The notes under the pieces: model-generated
Database searches by the model: none
What the model saw: the letters and a program-made list of their open reading frames with translations, nothing else
What the model was told of the DNA's origin: nothing
Source: Azolla caroliniana
Taxonomy: Eukaryota > Plantae > Polypodiophyta
Reading direction: 5' to 3'
Assembly (NCBI GenBank): GCA_043228905.1
Contig: JBHGNT010000017.1
Span: forward strand, 11,966,001 to 12,030,000
Length of the DNA: 64,000 nucleotides
Translations under genes and position numbers: made by a program
Shown here: piece after piece, positions 25,892-35,429 of the stretch
Numbering within the stretch: position 1 is the stretch's first letter
Layout: every line of letters begins with the position of its first letter

Positions 25892-28271
25892 TGTGCGAGT
25901 TCTTCAGAGTGTTGGTCTGCTAGCACACGATAGTCTTGCGCTAGGTCCTCCCGTACAGTCGCAATGCTCTCCTCATTTAGTTTATAGAAACCTCGACCGT
26001 CTTTTCGCCGGTTCTCCCAGTCCACACGATACGCATGCAATTCCGTTGCTTGGGTTGCCCACGCCATCCATCCTTTGTCCAGCGCCGTTTTCAATTGCGC
26101 TGTGAACCTCTCCCGATTTGTTTGGAGAAGGAGCCGCACGTTATCTGTGATGGCCTGGCAACAGTTGCGTGCGTCCTTCATTGACTTCTGGAGATTTGCG
26201 ATTTCCTGTTGTTTAACCGCTGTCGCTTCCTCATACGTGGCCTTCAGGTCCGCCCATAGCTGGGATTCCTTTGCATGTTGTTCTTCTAATTTCCCCATTT
26301 CATTGTTTAGGCGGATTTCGAGCTGATGCCTTATGTCTTGTTCGACCACCAACTGCTCATCGAACCATACCTTCTTTTTTTCTAATAAGGCCCGAAGTCC
26401 TGCTATTGCCGCCTCTGATTTCTTCGCATCCTCTCGTAATTGTGCGTTGTCGTCCTTTGTCCGGATGTGCTGAGCTATCTCCGTAGCTAGTTTCTATTCA
26501 AGAGTTTTTACTGCCTTCCGTCCGTTACCTATATCTCATTTTCTCTGTCTGAGGATTGGCGTAGTTCTGCTCGAAGGCGGTCAATTTCTGATTTTGCTAG
26601 CTGCATGGCCCTTTTTGCTTTTGAGGCGATGGTGGTCTGAGCCTCGGTTTCTTCTTTTAGAGCATCGATGACGTGGTTCGGTGGCGGGGTTGCGTGTTGC
26701 GCCGTAGTCGCGTGAGCTTCCAACTCCGCGATGCGTGTGTTGGCTTTTTGCAGTTCGGCTTCGGTGAGTTTAACCTTCTTCCAGACATTCTTATTTTTTA
26801 TGGCCATCTCCTTGGCGCCCGTGCTAACCTTTGCCAGTTCCCGATGGACTTCTACTAGGGCCGTGTTTAAGGGAGGTATCTCCATCCCCACTCGGCGTAC
26901 CCCGACATTCCTTTGTCTGCCGACCCTGGCTAGCCTAGCCGGTCCTCATCGCTGCTCTCCGTTGTTTGTGTTAGGGCGCGCTCGATCATTTGGCGTTCCG
27001 CATGCTCGTCGGCCATTCGTTGGGCGGCTTTGACCTGTTGCGTTGCTAGGAACTCCATGAGCTCAAAAGAAGTACCGAACTGCAAGAGGGCGCTGAACTC
27101 GTGGGCCATATCTGGGATATCCGAATATGCCAAAACCTCGCTTTCCACTGGCAATACGGCTTTCCCTCGTAGGGACTGGGTCGTAATAATCGGCCGTGGC
27201 TCCCGAATGATTTCGAAGGTGGTATTGGATCCCGCTGCTACGGAGCCTTCGCCTTCGGTCGGTGTCTCCGTTGCCGTGGGGGCGTTTTTTACCAACCCCG
27301 CCCATCTCTCCTGTCCAATCTGTGCCATTATGGTTTAGGGCTTTCCCGTTGTGTTTCGGTGTCTGGTTCTGGGGCTGCTTCCATGGAACGTCTCGGTTGT
27401 TCCTCCTGCGTTGTCCGTGTGTCCGGCTGGTCGGTAGGAGGTGTTGTCCTTGGGTCTGGCTCGGCCGGTTGGGGTTCCTCTTCCCACTCTAGGGCCGATA
27501 ACTCCGCTAACCTGCGTTTCGCGGATCGGGGCGGGGCCGTGGGTTGGCTGGGCTGCGGTGCTGGCAGGCCTCGGGGTGGAAATAGTACCGTAAGGTATTG
27601 TTGGATGATCGGCCTGAGCATTTTGCCTGCTTGGTACGCATGCAAGCCTTCCCTTAACGTTGGCCCTGTGATGACCCCCAGTCGATGGCACGCCCTTCAA
27701 AGGTATCGATAATGATGCCCGCCTTCTGCTTAGGCATCCCATATGCGTTGACATGTACGTAGCCGACTTCTAGTAGGAACTTGGCCACTTCATGGAAGAA
27801 GGGATTCGGAATCTGTTTTGTTCTATAGGCCTTGGCGGAGGAGGAATATGGCCCGAAATACCGCTGCAACGCCTCTACAGGAGGTATTTCGAAATGTCTT
27901 TCGCCTAGTGAGGATAGGTCCAACTTCTTCCGGATGGAAGAGTTGGTGACCGTGTCAATGTTAAGCTTCCTGACAATGTCCATGGCATCCGGGTGCGGAG
28001 GTGCTTCTACGACCCCGATGTAACCATCCAGGCGTTTCTCCACAAGCCATCGGCGTAGGGCAGTAGAGATGAAGATCGGCATCGCCAGAGTAGGTTCGTG
28101 GGGAGGAGACGGGTGGTTGTGGTGACTTGAAGCTCTGAGATAGGATGGGGGAGAAGGTGAGGGGGAGGAGCGATGGGAGCGCTGATAACTAGAAGATGGG
28201 TTTCTGTTTTGTGCAGAAAATCTTCTATTTCCTTCTTTTTGTGGCTTAGGGTTCATTGGGTGGTGAGCCAT
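25892..28271 (-). pseudogene. Extra coiled-coil ORF of Gypsy E; C-terminally truncated
   Basis: ORFs 27654..28271, 27328..27645, 26930..27328, 26529..26891 and 25819..26352; RRWLVEKRLDGY, SDIPDMAHEFSALLQFG, WMAWATQATEL. Confidence 0.8.
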
Positions 28272-28546
28272 CGTGGTGCCGCGTGTTCTTGAACTAGGAG
28301 TTTGTGCATGCCTTTAGTCGTTTTAATAGTCGCTATCTTCTCCTCTCTCTTTTTTTTTTTTTTTTTCGTAACGGTTAGTTACAACCTATTTTTTACATTA
28401 TAGTACAAGTGGGGCTGTCCATTTTACGCTCTGGGTTGTCCAGCTCTGTCCCGTTCGGCGGTGAATGGGTTTGGTGGCGTAGGGCCCAGGTAAGGTTTGA
28501 GCCGAAACCCATTCACCTTTTGCCGTACTACTTCTCCAGCCAGTGT

Positions 28547-29436
28547 TGTCGTAGTGTAGGTTGCACACTATGTGGAAATTATATTTTTGTCCCTCCGGAT
28601 AGAGAATGGAGTGCTCGGTGAGAACCGGAAGAAAACGGCATACCGGCAAGGAGGAAAACGGCATACCGGCAAGGAAGAAAACGGCATATCGGCAAGGAAG
28701 AGCCGGATAAAGAGACATAAATGTAAAAAAAAAGAAATACTCACTACTGCGCAGGGCGTGATTCGAACTCTGCACCTCCACGTTGACAAACCCCAACCTT
28801 ACCATTATGCTACCTTATCTTTAGTGTTCTACAAATAGATTTAATAACTATAAGTGCTTTATTTGCACCTACCTTTATTAAAAGGTAAATCGTGCATTTT
28901 TAGAGTGCGTGAATATTTTATAGAAAAACGCAAGCAACTAAAAAGTGACTCATGCACATCTAGCGTGCATGAGCACTATATTTAGCAAATAAAAGCAAGG
29001 ATTAGAAAATCATCACATGCATATTTAGTGTGCATGAACATATTAGAAAAAAAAGCATGTAGCTATGCTTAGTCTCTCCCATCACTACATAAGGATGGGG
29101 AGCACAATGTAATAGGTGTGTGAAATATTTGGAAATTGGATATATTTCCGAAAACACCAACCGATTAATATAATCGTGGGATTCACGAAAATAATATAAT
29201 CTATACTTGTGGGATTCACAAGTTTCTTATATCTTTCTTTCAATCTAAATACATATTCTTATCTAAATATTGATTAATCGAATACAATACACTCGTGGGA
29301 TTCACGAGATTTCTATCTCTCTTTCTAATAATCTATTCATTACTAGCCTCATCTCATATTCTTCTTTCTCCTAGTCCAAAACCTCGGTGGTTCCCACCCG
29401 ACTCACGCAAACGATCCGGAGCCGAAAGGCACGACA
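28547..29436 (+). mobile_element. Solo LTR (~890 bp) inserted in the E integrase
   Basis: Termini TGTCGT..ACGACA; flanked by gtgt/gcgt duplication; integrase frame resumes across it; internal 21-bp (28631-28700) and gtgggattcac repeats; strand inferred. Confidence 0.8.
28725..28813 (-). ncRNA. tRNA-derived (Asp-like) Pol III unit inside the solo LTR; not a functional tRNA
   Basis: GTAGCATAATGGTAAG (A box)..TTGTCAA..GAGTTCGAATC (B box), followed ~27 nt later by a T9 run. Confidence 0.55.
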
Positions 29437-32400
29437 GCGTTCCTAGTTGGAACGTGCCTTGTTCCACTCCAATTATCCAGTATGGACCGGTCCAGCGGAA
29501 ACGTAACTTCCCCGGCATATGGCCCATGCGCGTTTGAAAAACTAGCACTGCTCGGCCCACGGTGAACTCCTTTTCCCTTGCGTTCCGATGTCGATCCACA
29601 AACGCTTTATGCCGTCGTTGTTCCTGTTCCAACACAGCCATGCTGTGGATGTGTTTTTCCCCTAGTTCGAGGAGTTGGTAGAGCCGTACCTCCTCCGACT
29701 TGGCTTCCGATAATCGGTTCCGTACCTGAATGCGCAAACTAGGTACCTGAAATTCGACCGACATCACAGCCTCCAGTCCAAACGCTAGTCAGAACGGTGT
29801 TGACTGTATGCTTGTTTTGTAGCTAGTTCTGTACGCCCATAACGTAGTGTGTAGTTTGGTATCCCAGTCCGTTCTATTTTCATTGACGATTTTCTTCAAA
29901 ATGGTTTGTAATGTCTTGTTAGTGGATTCTGCTAATCCATTCGCCTACAGATAATATGGCGTGCTCTTCTTGTGGACTACGGCATAATGATGTGTTACTT
30001 CCCGAACCACCGTATTGAGAAAGTGACTCCCCTAGTCACTTATGAGCTCAATCGGACAGTCGAACCGGCACCAAATGTGCTCGTAAAGGAATCCGGTTGT
30101 GACGGCCGCCGTATTTTCACGTAGTGCCTTTGCTTCTACCCATTTGTTGCAGTAATCCGTGGCTACCAATATGTATTTATTGCCTGTACGGGCCGCCGCT
30201 GGTGTGAAGGGCCCTACAAAATCCAATCCCCACTTTTGGAAGAAGATTAACGGGATGGGTCCGACGTGCTAGGGCACTGTCCCACAGGCATGCCAAGTGT
30301 TGTCCGTCGGAATAGTAACCGACGGACAAAAGCGTAGGAATAAGAAATTATATAAGAGCATAACACATGTAACGGTTCACGCAAGAAGCGTGAATGGCTA
30401 AATAGACCCTGCATATATAAAGGGCAAAAAACCTCTGATGGAGGTGCGTGTAATTTTGGGAATGTAAAGAAACGCCTGATAATAGAATTCTATCTTCTCT
30501 GATTTTCTGTGTATAGCTACGGCTAATTCAGTATGGGTGTCTTGAATACCTAAGCGTTGAAGTACGTAAGTGTAACCCTTGATAGGGATTCGGTTGTAGC
30601 TGTCTTCCCTTATACGCTGATAGGTTACAGGGGTTCTTCCCTTACGCATTACGCTTAAACGCCTGTTCGTTGTTCCACACCCACTTTGAGGTCTAGGTCG
30701 AAGGACTGACCGCGAACCGTGTTCCTAAACGGCAACAATTCGACTGCATCCTTCATCAATGTCGGCCACCATAAGCCACTGTTCCATATTTTTATGGTTG
30801 TGGTTTCTCTAGCATAGTGCCCACGGGCGTGCCAAGTGTTACCCGGACAAGTATGCCAAAATTATACTGTGTTGTTCGGTCAACAATTACTACTTTGCCG
30901 ACACAGTATAAGATGAATGTTTGTACCAAATGTTCTATCAAGAAGTTGTGGTTAGACGAATAGATACGAATTAGTTGTAAACTTATCAATGATAACAGAC
31001 ACCGAGATCATGACTTATGTAATATAGCTTAGAATAAAGGAAATAGATAGCAAGAGTGATTCGTACACAGAGGTTTCGTAACTAAACTTTATATTACTAA
31101 ATACAACGATAGATTTTTACAATTCCTTCTGTTCCTTTTATAGGTAACCCGAAGGTCTTTTCTCATCAAGAAATTCTACTGCCTATAATTATCAAGAATT
31201 ACAAAACTTCGTAACTAACTATATCCTATTCGGCTATCTACTGAGTCATCGATCCGAACTGTCGATCCGACTCCGACTCCAACTCCGAACTTCCTTCCGA
31301 CTCCGACGCATCCATACTTGTCCGGGTAACATCTAGGTTCCGAATACCTTTCTGATTCTCCATTTTAGTTACCAATCCGGCTTTGGCTTATTTAGCCAAT
31401 CCGGATTCCGTTGACCTTGTCGGATCAACACTCCCCCCTCAAGCTCAACTTGAGGTCAGATCGGTATGTGTCTACCGGTCCTCTGCTCCAGCTCCTCCTG
31501 GCGTCTTCCCACCTTGCTCGTGCTCCTTGACCGGTCCAGTTCCTCTTTCCACGACCCATCCGATCCCGTGCACCTCAATCTTCTTGGTCGGCTTGTATGC
31601 TCATAAGGCCCATCTCAACTTCTTTGTTGTTACGACTCCGGCGCGTCTTGACCCGTCAGTTCCTTTGTGTCGATGTCAACTTCCGTTGCCTCCTCGTCCG
31701 TTTGGGCTTTAGTTGATCTGGCTCCTCCGAATCAAGTACCTCTTCTGAATGGGATGACTCCAATTCATTCCAACTCTTGTTCGAAGTGGATGTCTCCAAT
31801 TCATCCTCAATCTTTAGGCCCTTTACCACATCGAACCACGTCTAGGTTTTGGCCTTCTCCTTCCGGTTAGCTCTACCACCGTCGCCTCTTGTTCCGACTT
31901 CTTTGGACATACCGACTTCTTCAATCGACTCGGCTTCGGTTTTCTTCTTGCCTCCCCCTATTTGGGTTGTTTCCTTCTCTCTGACTACTTGTTCGGTGCC
32001 ATTACCTAAATTTCCGGTTCTGGTTTCCTCCTTGTCCTTCTTTCTACCCCTCAAGTGTGGCATGTCGAGATGCTGAAGACCAAGCATCTTCGAAAAATGC
32101 TACAACTTGTCCAAGCCGAGATGTTTGGTGAAGATGTCGGTAGTCTGCCGATCCGTCGGAACATACACAAGTTCAACTTCACAGGAGAGGACACGCTCGC
32201 GCACAAAGTGATAATGCACTTCTATGTGCTTTGTCCGAGCATGGAAGACGGTGTTCTTGGCTAGCTACATGCTGCTCATGTTGTCATAGTAGATCGGGAT
32301 TGGAGTTGGTACTTCCATCTGGAGGTCTCATCGTAGGTCGGTCCGGAGTCGGGACGAAGTTTTAGATTCTAGTCCAAGGGTGGGGAGACTGGTTAGCAAT

Positions 32401-35400
32401 CCTTCATGCCAAACTTGTACAACATATTCAACACATAGTGTCGTTATGAGAGTAGTATGCCATCGGGGCTATGGATCACTTTGATCCCAAGGAGGTAATG
32501 AAGGTTCTCCATGTCCTCCACTTTGAATCCATCCGACAATTGGGACTTTCGGACCGGTGATGACTAAATCGTCCACATAGAGCATGATACTTACCGGACC
32601 TTCCAGACCTTTCTGGATGAACAATGAAGAGTCCAACATGGAGGCCGTAAACCCCATCTTGCACAACCGGTGCGTGATCCTCGAATTCCAAGCTCGGGTA
32701 GCTTGCTTCAAACCATAAAGGGACTTTTTGAGTCGGCACATTGCCGACCTGTTCATCTACGACTGAAATCTGGGGCGCTAGATCATGTAGGCTTGTTCTT
32801 CAAGATCATCTTGAAGAAACACATTCTTCATGTCCATTTGGTGAAGATGCAACCCCTTGCCGCAACAACCGCTAGCTCCACACGAACTGTCGTCATCTTT
32901 GCTACCGGAGCGAACATCTCATCATGGTCGATTTTGTGGGTCTATCCATATCCTTTGGCCACTAACTGGGCCTTGCACCTATTGACCGAATTATCAACAT
33001 TGTACTTTACCTTGTACACCCACTTGTAACCAATCGGTTTGCAATGTTGGGGAGGGTCAACCAAATACCATGTGTCATTGGCATCGAGTGCCCACATCTC
33101 TTCCTCCATAGCGACTTCTACGTAGTTCTCCGGCTCACGCACCTCCGCTACTTTCATCATGTATGCATAGTGATGTGCCATGTAATCATTATATCCGTAC
33201 CGATTCACGGGGTTCTTTTGGCAGGTGGATTGATGCAGTTTCTGTTTTGCTGATTTCTTGGCCCTCTTGACCAATTCAGACATCTCTTCTAAAGATCCAT
33301 CTTTGTTCTTTCTGGAATCGGATTCACTCCGATCCGACTCATCTTTGCCGACGTCATATTCCAGCATCTTCTTCTTCCCTTTCTCTCTGCATGTGAACCG
33401 TCTGCTTGGTTCCTTGCACAGGGAAAGCACGACCGAGACTCCACTACTTGCCGACTTTTCATCTGACTGGTCATTCCAACTTAGTCACTCATTCAGCCCA
33501 CTTAGCCAGAATGGGATCAAACTCTCGTCTAGAGTGACGAATCCTTCTTTCTCTTTTGCCTGAATTCTTTCAGGCTCACTGACCTCATCCTCCAAAATCG
33601 GGTCGAAGTCGGGTGTCAGAGTTAGCAGAGAGTACCAGGATGTTGATTCGTCAAACTCGACATCTCAAATTACTCGAACCGTCTTCGTCCGGTGGTTGTA
33701 GCACTTGTACCCCTTTTGCTAATGAGAGTAGCTGACCAATATGTACTTCTCTGAATTTGGGTCCAACTTCCTCCTCTTCTCATCTGACACATGCACATAG
33801 GCAACGCTACCGAATATCCTAAGATGCCTTAAATTCAGCTTACACCCGAAATATAGACGACCTTATCCCCGATCCGGTTTTGAATGTAGATGACCGTTCG
33901 GGCCGCTTCGGTTCAGTAGAACTTGGGCATGCTTTCCTCTTCCAGCATTGCATGTGCCACCTTGACAATAGATCAGTTCTTCCTTTCGGCCACACCATTT
34001 TGTTCCGGTGTGTATCTACAACTGAATTCCTTCCGAGTTCCTTTCTGTTGCAGATAACCATTGAATTGGCTGGAAAAATATCCTTGTCTGCCATCCGACC
34101 GCAGGCACGCGATCTTCCTCTCCCTTTCCCATTTGAAAAGACTTTGTAGGTTTCCGAAACAGTCGAAGACATCAATTTTCTTCTCTATGAGGTGCATCGA
34201 TGTGTGCCGGCTGTAGTCGAAGGACACGAAATAACGGCTTCTGCCAAGATTAACATTCTATGTCGGTCCTCATACATCCGAATGTATCAAGTTGAGCTTA
34301 TTATGGGTCATGTTTTGTTTAAGTGGGGAATGGAAGCCGATGTTGCTTCCCGAGCTGGCAAGCTTCACAAATTTGGGCCTTCCGGCCACCGAATTTCAGC
34401 AATCCGAAAACAACCTGTTTCGATTGTAGGTCTTGAAGCCTCTGATAGTTGACGTGGCCAATCCGCTTGTGCCACAAGTCGATATCTGACTCGACTTTTT
34501 GTCCTTTTGTGCACAAGGATGAACATCCTCCCATCTTAGCGTCCTTGCACGATGACTTGGCCCTCTTCCTCCATGAAGCACCCGAGGTGCGTAAACCACA
34601 CCTACATCCCTTGGTCGATGATCTAACCGACCGACACTAGGTTCTTCGTGATTGTCGGGACATGAAGCATGTTAATAAGCTTCCCTTTTTGTCCAACATG
34701 ACTCAAGGGATCTTCTCCGACATGCACGATTAGGTGAGGAGTGTCATCTCCGGTTTCGACAACTCCCGGTTGCTCCGGCTTTTACGGAAATGAGAACCAC
34801 TCTTCCTGGCTCGTCATGTGGTTAGATGCTCTGGAGCCAACATACCACACTTCATCGAATCTGGAAGTGGTCTCCTTTATCAAGTTCGCCTTGTGTTTAA
34901 TCACAACGGTGTTACTCCTTGGGGCAGGACTAGCCCTAACATAGGGTGTCCCTCTAGGACACTTCACCAAAGGGTGGTGCAAGTGGGGTAGGTGTAGACC
35001 GTGATACAAACATATTCCTAACCGGCTATTAGCCGGCGTGGTTAATGATCTCAATACACGCGTAAGATAGATTCTATTAAGCACAGAACAGTAATTAACT
35101 AAAGCTTCAAAGATTAAACAAGATATAGAACAACAACACTTTCATTAATAAACCGTTAATTCATTACAATCTAACAAGGTCCTTTTATAGATTACCGGCT
35201 CTGGGTACGAACTGATGCCAACCGGCAACCGGCTACGAACCGGTCCGGATCCGAATCGGCATACCAAATCCGGTCCGTTTGTTCGCTTCTCAAAATATAA
35301 CAATTATAGATAGTTCTAAAATAAATATCCCTTTCCCATTCTGGACTTTATCCGGCTTGTAAGTCTTTGCTGGTCAACACATGGCACGCTCGTGGGACAG

Positions 35401-35429
35401 TACCTTGTGCGTTGAATCCCATGGTTCGC

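Larger units (their letters stand above)
28450..30242 (-). pseudogene. pol: Gypsy E integrase core and C-terminus, split by a solo LTR
   Basis: QKWGLDFVGPF, DYCNKWVEA, PGKLRFRWTGPY..GTFQLGTL|AGEVVRQKVNGFRLKPY. Confidence 0.85.
25462..30737 (+). mobile_element. Non-chromoviral Gypsy element E; LTRs on plus strand, internal core inverted to minus
   Basis: LTRs at 25462-25891 (last ~10 nt missing) and 30298-30737; TSD ATTCG (25457-25461/30738-30742); TATA catatataaagg on plus; integrase and extra ORF on minus. Confidence 0.9.
13503..31331 (-). mobile_element. Non-chromoviral Ty3/Gypsy element C; gag-RT-RH deleted, 3' LTR lost, host of D and E
   Basis: 5' LTR 30870-31331 with minus-strand TATA (cctataaaagg); integrase pieces at 30743-30824, 25194-25461 and ~16400-17113 rejoin across TSDs; extra ORF 13555-16188. 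Confidence 0.8.

Noticed and set aside
28745-28820. Functional tRNA-Asp gene
   Set aside because: Acceptor and anticodon stems do not pair; embedded in an LTR.
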